Source: an uncultured delta proteobacterium
GTDB lineage: Bacteria; Desulfobacterota; Binatia; UBA9968
Direction: 5' to 3'
DNA: 64,000 nucleotides
NCBI GenBank assembly: GCA_963847445.1
Contig: CAWJZV010000026.1
Coordinates: forward strand, 1 to 64,000
Shown here: positions 12,521 to 23,125 of the stretch, piece by piece
Layout: every line of letters starts with the position of its first letter
Numbering within the stretch: position 1 is the stretch's first letter
Notes under the pieces: generated by a model
What the model was told of the DNA's origin: nothing
What the model saw: only the letters and a program-made list of their open reading frames with translations
Databases searched by the model: none
Program-made: the position numbers and the translations under genes

Positions 12521-12730
12521 ATCTAAACATTCCCCGCAGCTTGCTGCGGGCACCATCAAATGGGGAATCCAAAGGGGGCGAGCATCCCCTTTGGTCGCGT
12601 GCGGGGTTAATCCCCCGTACGCGAAATGCCTTGTTTATTGATTTGTGATGGAACGAAGCCGCAACTTAGCAGGAAATTAACGACCCCGCCACGAATCCGG
12701 CCATGGCCAACGATTCACGGCGATTTAGAT
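12521..12730. mobile_element. Putative non-autonomous hairpin element (MITE/PATE-like) with three consecutive stem-loops
   Basis: Terminal ATCTAAA/TTTAGAT; hairpins CCCGCAGC-TT-GCTGCGGG, CCAAAGGGG..CCCCTTTGG, TCGCGTGCGGGG..CCCCGTACGCGA. Confidence 0.5.
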
Positions 12731-12748
12731 CCAACCATGCACGGCATG

Positions 12749-12779
12749 GAGAAGATTTCTCGCCACGCTCGAAATGACA
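12749..12779. repeat. Half copy of the GTCATCCCGAGC/GCTCGAAATGAC palindromic repeat
   Basis: GAGAAGATTTCTCGCCACGCTCGAAATGACA matches the right half of the element at 16885-16944. Confidence 0.6.
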
Positions 12780-12799
12780 ATCGGGAATTGCGAACGCCG

Positions 12800-15339
12800 T
12801 TAAGCTTCCGCGCGCAGCGCTTCCAGCACCGGGCGGCGAATCACGCCGCAGACAGCCCAGCGCACCGGCGACCACCGTGGCAAAGGTGACGGCGAGAATA
12901 ATTGCCAGCACCGGCAACGGCGCGATGGCGATCGCAGTGCCAAAAAAATAATAACTCAATCCCCAACTCGCGAGGATGCCGAGAAGGGCCCCGGCGATGC
13001 TGGCGATGGCGCCGGTGAACACATACTCCGCGACAATCGAGCTAAAGATTTGCCCGCGCGCCGCGCCGAGGGTGCGCAACAGGATGCTCTCGCGCACCCG
13101 ATGGCTGCGGCTGCCCAACACCGCGCTGGCCAACACGGCAAAACCGGTGAGCAGCGTAAACCAGGCGACGAAGCGCATGGCGCCGGCGACCCGGTCGAGG
13201 ACCGTGTTCAATGTGCTGAGAATCAGACTCAGATCGATCGCCGAGACATTGGGGAAGCGCTCCAGCACCGCGCGCTGCAACTGCGCTGAAGCTTGGCTCG
13301 ACGGCGCGCGTCCGACCACCGCGAAAAACTGCGGCGCTTGTTCCAAGACGCCTTCGGGAAAAACCACGAAGAAATTGGGCTGTACACGCTGCCAGTCGAC
13401 TTCGCGCAGATTGGCGATTAGCGTATTGACGGGCACGCCCTGGATTTCAAATTGCAGCGAGTCGCCGACATCGACGCCCAGCGTATCGGCGATACCTTTT
13501 TCGACTGAGACTGGAATCGGTTGCTGTTGTTCATCGGTCTTGGCGACCCAGGTGCCTTTGACCAGCTTTTCCGTGCCGCTCAGAGCGCCGCGGTAAGTCG
13601 AGCGGTACTCGCGGCGCAGCGCCCAGCCGGGAATTTTAGATTTGTCATCGGCGCGGATTTCTTCGGCACGGCGGTCTTTGACCGCCGCCAGTCGCATGGT
13701 GACGATCGGCACTTCGGCATGGCGCGGGATCTCGAAACGGGACAACAATTCGCCGATGTCTTTGCGCTGCTCATTCTGAACATCGAAGAGCACTAAATTG
13801 GGCTCATTTTGGCCGATGCGCCGGTCGACCTGGCGCAGCAGCGTATCCTGCGCGCCATGCAGCGTGACTAAGAGGAATGTCCCAAGGCCGATCGCCAGCA
13901 TCACCGTGGTGGTCTGGTTGCTCGGCCGATGCAGATTAGCCAACCCTTGGCGCCAGGAAAACGTCAGAAAGCGCGGCGCCACCTGGCGCATGGCGAGCGC
14001 GCCCATGCGCGCCAACAGCGCGAGCAAGACGAACACCAAGAGCACTCCGCCGGCAAATACTGCCCCATGCCGCCAGCTACCGAGCGTCGCGCTCGCGAAC
14101 GCCAGCACCAGCAGAGCGATCAAGAGTACGATGCATATGACCAGCGGGTCCTTGGCGCGCGGTTCTTCGTCGTAGGAAGAGCGCAACGCCATCAGCGGCG
14201 AAATGCGCCGCAACGAGATCAACGGCAACAGAGCAAACAAGAACGACGTGGTCATGCCGATGCCGACACCGGCAACGATCCCGATTGGCGAGATCTCGAT
14301 GGTCGGCGCCACCGGGAGAAAATCTTTCAGCACCGCCGGCAAATAGGACTGCGCCCAAACACCCAAACCCACTCCCGCCGCCGAGCAAACCACGGTCAGG
14401 AAAAACAGTTGCAATAAATAAACCGAAACGGTTTCCCGCGGCTGGGCGCCGATACAACGCAACAGCGCCGCGGCTTGAGCTTTTTCCTTGGCATATACAT
14501 AGGTGACGCTGGCGACGCCGACGCCGGCGAGCAGCACGGCGACAAACACCGCCAAGCGCAGAAAGCGCGACAGATTCTCCATATTTGCGGCGATCGAAGC
14601 GGTGCGTTTGCTCACCGTATCGGCTTCCAACTGCAAGCGCTGCAACTGCGGCGTGATCTCTTTGACGATGCGCTCGACCTGCGTCCCGGCGGCGAACTTG
14701 AAGAACACCCGGTAGCGCACCACGCTGCCCTTTTGGATCAGCTGAGTGCGCTCAAGGTACGCCATGGGGATATAGATTCGTGGACTGATGAGGGAAAAGG
14801 CGAAAGATTCACCGGGAATTTTGCGCAAGCTGCCGGCGATGCGGAACTCTTGATTGCCAAGCTTGACGTAATCGCCGACCTTGGCGTTGAACTGCAACAG
14901 CACGTTTTCATCGACCAAGGCGTTGGCGCTCAAATGAAACGACTTCGAGCGATAACGGCGGAACAGTCTCCAACGCGCCGTAATAAGGGAACTGGCCGCT
15001 GATCGCCCGCACCTGCACCAGACGCGAATCGCCGTTGGCCGAAAAGGTCACCATCGAGGTAAAACCGACCTGCCGCGACTGATCGCCACCGAGGGAATGA
15101 ATCAGTTGTAAATCGTCCTTGGAAAACGGTTCGCGGCTGTCGAGGGCGAGATCGGCGCCCAAAAGGCTCTTAGACTGAGACTGAATGCTGGCGAGCAGGT
15201 TTTCTCGGAAGGAGAACGCCAACACGACCAAGGCCACCGCCAACACCACGCTGGACATCGACAGCAACAAGCGGAATAAGCCGCGCCGGCTGTCGCGATA
15301 GGCCATGCGCCAGACCCAGAGTTTCCAGAAGGTGATCAT
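12800..15339 (-). CDS. ybbP: ABC transporter permease, FtsX/MacB-like YbbP family, frameshifted
   Basis: 'RMAYRDSRR', 'SLLGADL', 'FPYYGALET', 'PNFFVVF', 'RESILLRTLGA'; rebuilt end LEALRAEA*; ybbA/tesA context. Confidence 0.85.
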
Positions 15340-16057
15340 CGAACCGGCTTCAAGCGCCGCGGCAGCAGCAGACTTGCTAATATCGGAGGCCAGGCGCCCG
15401 GCTTTTAGTGTGATGACCCGGTCGGCCTGCTCGGTGAGCTCGCGATCATGGGTGACGAGAATGAGCGTCGTCCGATTCATGGAGTTCAAGTTGAAAATCA
15501 GTTTGACGATACTCTCGGCGGTCTCGGCGTCGAGATTGCCCGTCGGTTCGTCGGCAAACAAAATCTTCGGCTGATTCATGAACGCCCGGGCGATCGCCAC
15601 TCGCTGCTGTTCGCCGCCCGAAAGCTGCATGGGATAATGATACATGCGGTGACGCAGGCCGACGCGGCCGAGCAGCTCCAGCGCGCCCGCCCGCACCATG
15701 CGCTCGCCGCTGATCTCCGCCGGCACCATGACGTTCTCCAGCGCGGTCAGCGAAGGCAGCAACTGAAAGTTTTGAAAGATGAAACCAACGGACTGATTGC
15801 GGATGCGCGCCAACTGCTCTTCGCTGGCCTGGTGCAGCGCCACGCCGTCGAACTCCACCCCGCCCTGTGCTCGGCCGCTCCAGGCCGGCGCAGATCGCGA
15901 TCAAAGTCGTCTTGCCGCTACCCGAAGGGCCGACCACGGCGCAGCTGCTGCCGCGCGCGATGGCAAAAGACACATCGCTCAGGACGTGAACCTGGTCGTC
16001 GCCGCTCTTAAATTCCTTGCTTAAATGCTCTACTGTTAGAATATTATCGGTGCTCAT
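15336..16057 (-). CDS. ybbA: ABC transporter ATP-binding protein (YbbA/LolD-like), frameshifted
   Basis: Walker A GPSGSGKTT, LSGGEQQRVAIARA, FADEPTGNLD, VTHD. Confidence 0.88.
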
Positions 16058-16143
16058 GCCGGTTGCAGTTGGATGGAAATGAACGAATCGAATCGCTCCA
16101 CGTCAAATCCATTGTAAATAACTCTAGCAAATTTAGAACTATT

Positions 16144-16807
16144 ATGAAGGCGACACAACTCACCATGCGAAGATCGAAGCTGCGGCGCGTCGGATTGTTA
16201 CTCTGCTGCTGGTTATGGCTCACCGCTGCAACACCCCAGCCAAAAAATATCTTGTTTCTTGGCGACAGCATTACCGCCGGCTACGGGCTGGAACCGTCGC
16301 AATCCTACCCGGCCCTGATCCAAGACAAGATCGACGCCAAAAAGTGGCCATTCCGAACCGTCAACGCCGGCCAAAGCGGCGACACCAGCGCCGGTGGCGT
16401 TAACCGCATGGACTGGCTCCTGCGCTCCCAGGTCGACGTGCTTGGTTCTAGAACTCGGCGGCAACGACGGTCTGCGCGGGCTGCCGCCGGAAACCACGCG
16501 CCAGAACCTCCAAGCGATCATCGAACGGACGCAAAAAAAATACCCCCAAGCCAAAATCATCCTCGCCGGCATGAAAGTGCCGCCCAACATGGGCGCGGAC
16601 TACGCCAAAAAATTCGCAATCATCTACCCCGAGCTAGCGAAAAAGAACAATGCCCTGCTCATCCCCTTTATCCTTGAAAACGTCGGCGGCGTGCGCGAAT
16701 TGAATCTGCCCGACGGCATTCACCCCACGGCCAAAGGCCAAGAAATCGTCGCCGCTAATGTCTGGAAAGTTCTGGAGCCGGTGCTGCAAAGTTTGATCAG
16801 CAAATGA
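16144..16807 (+). CDS. tesA: Arylesterase / acyl-CoA thioesterase I (GDSL/SGNH), frameshift near 16440
   Basis: GDSITAGYG, NAGQSGDTS, ELGGNDGLRG, DGIHP; divergent from ybbA as in the conserved tesA-ybbAP arrangement. Confidence 0.9.
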
Positions 16808-16844
16808 TTCGGACGTTGAAAACAGCCGGACTTGAGGATTCGTA

Positions 16845-16978
16845 CCGCTAAGGCGCAAAGACGCCAAGTGGCAGGCCAGAGGCCTGTCATCCCGAGCGAA
16901 TGCGCGGGATCTCTGAGAGATTTCTCTCTCCGTTCGAAATGACATCGCTGGTCGCTTGCGCCCTTGGCATCTGTGCGG
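16845..16978. repeat. Nested palindromic repeats: outer CGCnAAGGCGCAAAG/CTTGCG..TGCGG arms around an inner GTCATCCCGAGC...TCGAAATGAC element
   Basis: Outer arms 16845-16868 and 16955-16978; inner element 16885-16944. Confidence 0.7.
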
Positions 16979-17145
16979 AAGACATGCCGAGTTTCTCGGC
17001 GCGCAACCGCTTGAGTATTCCGTGGTGAAAAGCGATTTGACTTTTTTGGCTCTATTCCGTCTTGACACCATCGCCCCACCTAGACGATAGTCCGCACTGT
17101 TCTGATTAAATCACGCGCCACGTAAAGGCGCACCAAGGAGATTCC

Positions 17146-17436
17146 ATGGCAGTTCGACTCATCGTCACGATCACCGCGGCAGCCGGCAAAGGCAGCGAAC
17201 TTGGCAAGCTTTATAAAGCGCGCTGCGAAGACATCGTCAAAGAACCCGGCTGCGAACAGTTCGAAGTCTTCCAAAGCGTGGTCAACCCCGACCACCTGGT
17301 CATCCTCGAACGCTGGACCGACCAGGCCGCCCTCGACGTCCACTCCAAAGTAAATGCCACGCGCGCGCCGCTGCCGGCAGAGCTGCGCGTCGGCACTACG
17401 GAACGCGAGGATTACACGTATAATCGAACACGGTAG
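17146..17436 (+). CDS. Antibiotic biosynthesis monooxygenase (ABM) / putative quinol monooxygenase
   Basis: 'EPGCEQFEVFQS', 'LERWTDQAALDVH'; AAGGAG RBS; upstream TTGACA. Confidence 0.85.
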   Translation: MAVRLIVTITAAAGKGSELGKLYKARCEDIVKEPGCEQFEVFQSVVNPDHLVILERWTDQAALDVHSKVNATRAPLPAELRVGTTEREDYTYNRTR

Positions 17437-17443
17437 TGAAGAA

Positions 17444-17775
17444 TTATCGGCTTTGGCGGCGCTGAATATTATTCTCGGTATCGAAGCACACCGGCTCCCG
17501 GTAGCCGCGTGAGACCGTGACGATGTTCGGGTTCGCCTCCTTGATCGCGCGAAACAGCGGCTCGGTGGCGCGCCACAGGCCGTTTTTTTCGGCGTCATGG
17601 TGCGAGGAAATGTACACATCGGGTTGATACGCGCGCATATGCTCGACGGCACGCTGCGCTGTGAGCGTATGAAGAAAAGCGGCCGAGACCGCAACCAGCG
17701 CGACATCTACCCGTCCAATCCGTGCCCTCGCGGCTTTTTCGTAATCGGTTACTACGCCGCCGCTATCTCGTCTAC
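17444..17775 (-). pseudogene. 5'-truncated C-terminal fragment, probably of an MBL-fold metallo-hydrolase
   Basis: 'RDSGG..TDYEK..IGRVDVALVAV...YQPDVYISSHHD' resembles MBL-fold C-termini; no N-terminal HxHxDH and no good start. Confidence 0.5.
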
Positions 17776-17903
17776 CAAAGTGGCATAGATCCTTCAGCAC
17801 ATTTTTCGCATTCGTTCGTTCTGAATATCGATCATTAGCCTTGACATGACCTTCACAGCCGAACTACGCTCCGCCGTGCCACAAACGAAAGGAGATTTAA
17901 CTC

Positions 17904-18761
17904 ATGGCTGAATCGTTGGAAAGCTTCAAAAGCTATATCGGTAAGAGCGAAACCGCCGCCGATGTCGTGACGGCATCGACGATGGTGAAGTTCGCGGCAA
18001 CCCTAGGACTAGAGAATCCGCCGCTCGAGAAAGGTTCGGCGATCCCGCCGGGATGGTATGGCGGGTTATTCCCGGCGTCGCACCGGCCCGACAAGATGCG
18101 CACCGACGGACAGGCATCGGGCGGCGGCTTCATGCCGGCGATACCGCTGCCGCGCCGCCGCATCGGCGGCACTCGCGTGGCGTTTCATGAACCCTTACGA
18201 ATCGGTGATGACGTCACGCGCAAGACCGAGATCGCCGATCTTCAGGTCGACGACGGAGCCAGCGGCGCTCAAGTAACGGTCATCGAACGTAACAGTCTGT
18301 CGACCGCGCGCGGCTTATGCGTCGTCGAGGAGCGCGACATGGTCATGTTGAGCGAAGCAAGGGCGGACGCGGCGCCCAAGACTTCGCCCGCCATTCCCAG
18401 CGAAGCGAAATGGAATCAGACTGTCGAACCCAATGCGCCGTTGCTATTCCGCTTCTCGGCGATCCGGTTCAATAGCCATCGCATCCACTACGACCGCGAC
18501 TACGTGACCAAGGTAGAAAAGCTGCCGGGCCTGGTGGTGCAAAGCTCGCTGATCTCGCAGCTGCTGATGGAAATGTGCCGCCGCGAGTTACCGGCCAAGC
18601 GCATGACCAACTTCGACTTCCAAAACCTGCGCTCGGTCTATGATATCGACGGCAAAGTCACACTGTGCGGCAAACCCGGCAATGATGGCCGCGAAGCCAC
18701 ACTGTGGGCGCTGGATGGAAAAGGCAATCTGGCGATGCTAGTGGCGGCGAAGTTCGCCTAG
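17904..18761 (+). CDS. Double-hotdog (FAS1/MaoC-like, HTD2 or mesaconyl-C4-CoA hydratase-like) dehydratase
   Basis: 'MRTDG', 'PLPRRR', 'LLFRFSAIRFNSHRIHYDRDY', 'PGLVVQ'; AAAGGAG RBS. Confidence 0.85.
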   Translation: MAESLESFKSYIGKSETAADVVTASTMVKFAATLGLENPPLEKGSAIPPGWYGGLFPASHRPDKMRTDGQASGGGFMPAIPLPRRRIGGTRVAFHEPLRIGDDVTRKTEIADLQVDDGASGAQVTVIERNSLSTARGLCVVEERDMVMLSEARADAAPKTSPAIPSEAKWNQTVEPNAPLLFRFSAIRFNSHRIHYDRDYVTKVEKLPGLVVQSSLISQLLMEMCRRELPAKRMTNFDFQNLRSVYDIDGKVTLCGKPGNDGREATLWALDGKGNLAMLVAAKFA

Positions 18762-18769
18762 GAATCATC

Positions 18770-19051
18770 TCACCACGAAGAACACGAAGCGCACGAAGTT
18801 CGAAACATTAATTTCCGAAACCTTCGTGTCCTCGTGCCTCCTGCGAAAATACACGTGCAGCGATGATCTGCGCATTCGATAACGACTCTCTGTTCCGTCA
18901 TACCGGCGCAGGCCGGTATCCAATCCCCTCCCGCCCCTGGATGCCGGCCTGCGCCGGCATGACGAGTCTAAGGAATCGAACCCCGGGAGGGGGCTTCCGG
19001 TATTTTCATTATCTGTGGGCGTGCGTAAGATCATGAATCACTTCGTGGTGA
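18770..19051. repeat. Three-layer nested inverted-repeat element
   Basis: Outer TCACCACGAAG/CTTCGTGGTGA; middle GAAAATAC/GTATTTTC; inner 27-bp IR at 18896-18922 and 18938-18964 (25/27 match). Confidence 0.8.
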
Positions 19052-19066
19052 ACTGAGTTTAATAAT

Positions 19067-19906
19067 CTAATTTACACCCATCGGATGGCGCACCAAGAAG
19101 TCCTGCAGCACTTTCAGCGCGCCATCGCCATCCCAAAACGTCATATGCCTGACGCCGGGCACTAACGCCAACTCAGCGCCCGGAATTAACGGCGCCAGTC
19201 GCCGCGCCGTCGCTGCCGGCGTGCTGCCACGCCGCTCGACGCCGTCGTCCGCGCCGCAAAGAACCAAGGTCGGCACATTGACCTTCGGCGCTTCAGCCAG
19301 GGTATCCCAAGTCAGCCGCGCCAGCTCGTGCATGCGATACTGCTCCACGGTGCTCTGTCCCGACCACAAGGCGCGTGCCAGCTCTGCCGCCTGTTCACGA
19401 TGGCTGCGATAGAATTCCGGATTGTAGGCCATATGATCGTTATCGATATGTTCGAGGATATATTTTTCAAAACCGATCTTGTTGATCTCGTCCAGTGCTT
19501 CCGGCCCCACTTCGCGCATCGTGCCGTCGAGGCGGCGCACTCCGGGTCCAGTGGTAGAAATCGTTAGACTCGCGACCAAGTCCGGCCGCGCGATCGCCAT
19601 CGCCTGAACGATCTGGCCGCCAATGGCGAAGCCTACCAAATGGCAACGTGCGACACCGAGCTGTTGCAGCAACTCGATGCCATCCACGGCGAACTGTTTG
19701 ACCGTGTAGCCGTCCTTCGGCCTTTCGCTTCTGCCTGTGCCGCGGCCATCGTAGATAATCGTGCGAAAGTGTTTGGACAAGGCCGGCACAACCCCGACGT
19801 TCCAAGTCGCACAGGGCCACCAGTTGGGCGGCACCAAGAGAATCGGTTCGCCGCTGCCCTGGGTTTCATAATAAATCTCGACACCGTTAACTTGCATTGT
19901 CGGCAT
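19067..19906 (-). CDS. Alpha/beta-hydrolase-fold protein, paralogue 1, Ala at nucleophile elbow (GFAIG)
   Basis: MPTMQVNGVEIYYETQGSGEP, 'YDGRGTGRS', 'PTLVLCGADD', 'VRHMTFWDG'. Confidence 0.9.
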   Translation of the reverse strand: MPTMQVNGVEIYYETQGSGEPILLVPPNWWPCATWNVGVVPALSKHFRTIIYDGRGTGRSERPKDGYTVKQFAVDGIELLQQLGVARCHLVGFAIGGQIVQAMAIARPDLVASLTISTTGPGVRRLDGTMREVGPEALDEINKIGFEKYILEHIDNDHMAYNPEFYRSHREQAAELARALWSGQSTVEQYRMHELARLTWDTLAEAPKVNVPTLVLCGADDGVERRGSTPAATARRLAPLIPGAELALVPGVRHMTFWDGDGALKVLQDFLVRHPMGVN

Positions 19907-19939
19907 GCAGCTCCGCAGACTTCTTGTCTGGCGAACACT

Positions 19940-19974
19940 TTGGAACGGCTTGAACGATTGGAACGGTTGGAACC
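19940..19974. repeat. 9-bp tandem repeat (TTGGAACGG-like)
   Basis: ttggaacgg cttgaacga ttggaacgg ttggaacc. Confidence 0.7.
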
Positions 19975-19983
19975 GACTCAAAA

Positions 19984-21012
19984 TCATCCCGCCGTCAGGC
20001 CGAAGGTCTGTTGAAACAGTTTGATCGACTCCGCCATCCCTTCGTTTTCCAAATCCTGGACGATTTTTTTGAAGCCTTTGTTCAGCCGCGGCGGATCGGC
20101 GTCGACATCGCTGCGCGACGGAATGCGGCTCAGCTCGCGCAGCTTCAGCTGCGCCGGTTTGGAAAAAAGAAAATCGATGAACAGCTTGGCCGCCGCCGGA
20201 TGGGGCGGGCGCGCGGCGATGCTTACCGTGTTGATGATCACCACCACCGGCTCCAAAGGCACCCAATCGATCGGCGCGCCTTGATTGACGAAGCTCTGCG
20301 CATGGGGACCATAGCCGATGGTCAGCGGCGCTTCGCCCGCCGCCACCAGCGAGATGCGGCCGCGCGCGCCGCGCTGAAAGATCTGATCCTGCGCCGCCAG
20401 GCGGCGGAAATAGGCCAGCCCTTTGTCCTTGCCCCAGGCTTTGAGCAGACCGTCGAACCATTCGAAATTGTCGGTGTCGTTGATGATCTGCCGTCCCTTC
20501 CACATCGGCTTGAGCAGGTCGTCGTAGGTTTTCGGCACGTCATCCGGCTTGACGTTGCGCTTGTTGTAGGCGAGCACGAAGGTATTTTGAAACGTCGAGC
20601 CCCAGTAACCCGCTTTGTCACGTAAATCCGCCGGCAGATGTTTGAACTCCGGCGATTCGTAACGGCCAAGAATTTCACGCTTCTTGAGCAAGGTGAGGCC
20701 GCCTCGGCTCGCCGTTCCTTGCAACACGTCGGCGGCGTAAGTGCGCGCCGCGTATTCGCTGACCACCCGGTTGACCAGCGCCCCCGCCCCCGAGCGCAGC
20801 AGATCGACTTTGATGAACGGATACTGCCTCTCGAACAGATCGATGAGCTGCTTGCTCTCCGGAATCGACACGGTCGTGTACCAGACCACGCGCCCTTCTT
20901 TTTTCGCTTGGGCGACCAGATCGGGATTGGCAACCTGGGCAAAGGCAAGCGGCCCGTTTAGCAACAATGCCAATAATGCAATGATCGCGAGTAAGTGAAA
21001 TTTCATCTTCAT
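19984..21012 (-). CDS. ABC transporter substrate-binding protein (Fe3+/thiamine/polyamine-type)
   Basis: Signal peptide, 'AKKEGRVVWYT', 'PKTYDDLLKPMWKG', 'PPHPAAAKLFIDFLFS'. Confidence 0.88.
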   Translation of the reverse strand: MKMKFHLLAIIALLALLLNGPLAFAQVANPDLVAQAKKEGRVVWYTTVSIPESKQLIDLFERQYPFIKVDLLRSGAGALVNRVVSEYAARTYAADVLQGTASRGGLTLLKKREILGRYESPEFKHLPADLRDKAGYWGSTFQNTFVLAYNKRNVKPDDVPKTYDDLLKPMWKGRQIINDTDNFEWFDGLLKAWGKDKGLAYFRRLAAQDQIFQRGARGRISLVAAGEAPLTIGYGPHAQSFVNQGAPIDWVPLEPVVVIINTVSIAARPPHPAAAKLFIDFLFSKPAQLKLRELSRIPSRSDVDADPPRLNKGFKKIVQDLENEGMAESIKLFQQTFGLTAG

Positions 21013-21016
21013 CGTC

Positions 21017-21987
21017 TCACCCAGTCCGGGACATTTTTACTTCAACAATCTCTGTCGCCGCGCTAACTACCGTCTCCAGCGACGGCAAGAACGGCCGCTC
21101 GTCCCAATAGGGCAAATACTGATCGGCGCCGACCAGCAAGCGCGGCGCTATCGCCAATTTGCCCGCCGGCAAGCGATCGAGAGCGCAGCGCACATAGGGC
21201 GCGTAGCCGGCCCATTCGGGTTCGTCCTGGACGATCAACACGCGGCCGGTTTTGCTCGCGGACTTGAGCACCGTGTCGGTATCCAGCGGCTTGATAAATC
21301 CCAAACTGACCACTTCGACCGCGTCGCCTGTCCCTGCTTCGCCAACTCATCGGCGGCGTCTTCAGCCAGCGCCGCTGCGCGGCCGGCGCCGACGATCGTC
21401 AAGCGCTCGCCGGCGCGAGTAATCGTCGCGCTGGCGCCGGGGTTAGTCTCGGCAAGCTCACCGGCGCGCAGATGAATCGAGCGGTCTTCGAAAAACAAGG
21501 TCGGCGTCGGCCGCGTCAGCGCGTCGCGAAAACTCCAGTAGGCCTCGCTCGGCGAGCCCGGCATGGCGATATTCAGATCCGGCACGTTGTAGAACCACGA
21601 CACGCCGACCTCGTTGCCTTCCGGACCATGACCGCGAAACCGCGCGATCGGCAAACGAATGATGATCGGACAATTCAACCGGCCATTGGTGAGATAGTGC
21701 AGCTTCGCCGCGCTCTGGACGATCGCCATGTGGCAAACCGAAGCGATATCGGCGTAGGCGATCATGACGACGACCTTCATCCCTTTCATCGCCGCGCCCA
21801 CCGCCATGCCGACCATGGCGCTCTCGCTGATCGAACAATCGCGCACGCGATCGAGTCCGTAGGTATCGGCTAACGGTTTCAAAGCATGGGCCGCGAGATT
21901 TTGTCCTATGACAATCAAGCGCGGTTCGTCGCGCATCGAATCTTGCAACGCTTTGCCGACCGCGTCGCGGTAATTTATTGTGGACAT
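21017..21987 (-). CDS. 2-oxoacid/acetoin dehydrogenase E1-beta-like ThDP enzyme subunit, divergent; frameshift near 21320
   Basis: 'RVRDCSISESAMVGMAVGAAMKG', 'WFYNVPDL', 'IKPLD..TVLKSASKTGRVLIV'. Confidence 0.88.
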
Positions 21988-22061
21988 GCTTCGCTCTCTG
22001 CTTTGAATCCGTAAGGAGTAAGGTTAGGGTCAGGAGTTTCCGGATTCGGACGCCTCACCCT

Positions 22062-23010
22062 TTACCCTTCACCCCTAACGGAATTGAAAGCCGCTTCAAC
22101 CCGCTGCTCTTCATCCCGCTGGAGCCGTTCAAGATCATCGCTGCGTCGCCATCCCGTTCCTGATCAGCCAATCGCCCAAACGTTTCAAGGGATCATGCTT
22201 GGCCGCCTCGGCTAAATCGTTTTCGATGCCCGAGCGCACTTCGCCGAAGTGCGAGCTATACAGGCCGACGCGAAAGGTCAGGCAATCGAGAAACACCGGT
22301 TGTCCACTCAGCGCCGTCGCCCGCGCCCAGCGCGCCGCTTGATAAACATCCATGGCATCGTTGCCGTCGACTTGGCGCGACGCCAGACCGAACGGCTCGG
22401 CGTAAGGAATCAGCGAGCGCTGCCGGCGCACCTTGGGCCAGGGCGTCGCCATCTCCCAGCCGTTGTTCTCGCAGACCAGAATCAGCGGCAGATGCCACGC
22501 GCCGGCGATATGCATGGTCTCGTGCAGGTCGCCGGAACCCAAGGTCCCGTCGCCGAAGAACGCCACGCTGACGTTGCTGGCGCCATCGGTTTGATTGGCC
22601 AGCGCCACCCCCGCCGCCATGGCCAGATGGCCGCCGATCATCGTCGATCCCGGCATCACACCGCGCTCTGGCCATGACGCATGATGCGGCGCATCGCGCG
22701 AATCGCCGACGGCCGAAGGCGTGTGCAAAAACTCGCGAAGCTGTTCTTCGATGCCGATACCCATGCCGATCATCGCGCCGCGAGTGCGAAACGACGGCAG
22801 CACATCGTCGCCCTTCTCCAACGCCAGGCAAGTGCCGATGGCGATCGCTTCCTGCCCCTTACTGGGAAAGGTTTGCGCCGAGTGCTTCTTCTCATGCTCC
22901 CAGCGCACCAGCGCTTCTTCGAAGACCCGCGTGGTCAGCATTTTTAGATAGAGTCGCCACTCGATACGATTGGCGTGCTCGGTGTTTGCCGTAACAGATA
23001 AATCAGTCAT
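22062..23010 (-). CDS. E1-alpha-like ThDP-dependent enzyme subunit, divergent; frameshift near 22140
   Basis: 'GQEAIAIG', ThDP motif 'FFGDG...CENNGW', 'VDGND', 'HDPL'; rebuilt end ...AAFNSVRGEG*. Confidence 0.88.
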
Positions 23011-23035
23011 CTTGAATCTCCTCATTCGAGTTGCT

Positions 23036-23100
23036 TCCTCCTCTCCCTCTGGAAGAGGACAGAGGTGAGGGGCCAAGGGCGACCGCCGGTCGCCCCTACA
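23036..23100. repeat. Two adjacent palindromic repeats: CCCTCTCCC/GAGGG type and GTAG-REP
   Basis: TCCTCCTCTCCCTCTGGAAGAGGACAGAGGTGAGGGG followed by AGGGCGACCGCCGGTCGCCCCTACA. Confidence 0.75.
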
Positions 23101-23125
23101 ATAATTCCGAAATACATCGAGTACC

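Noticed and set aside
14908-15858. Apparent MacB-like ATPase-permease fusion of ybbA and ybbP
   Set aside because: The junction has a typical ATGA stop/start overlap at 15336-15339 and the region is indel-rich; two genes is the simpler reading.
19067-20503. 478-aa ORF as an N-terminally extended hydrolase
   Set aside because: The extension is an off-frame reading of the upstream receptor gene plus a 9-bp repeat; the real start is at 19906.
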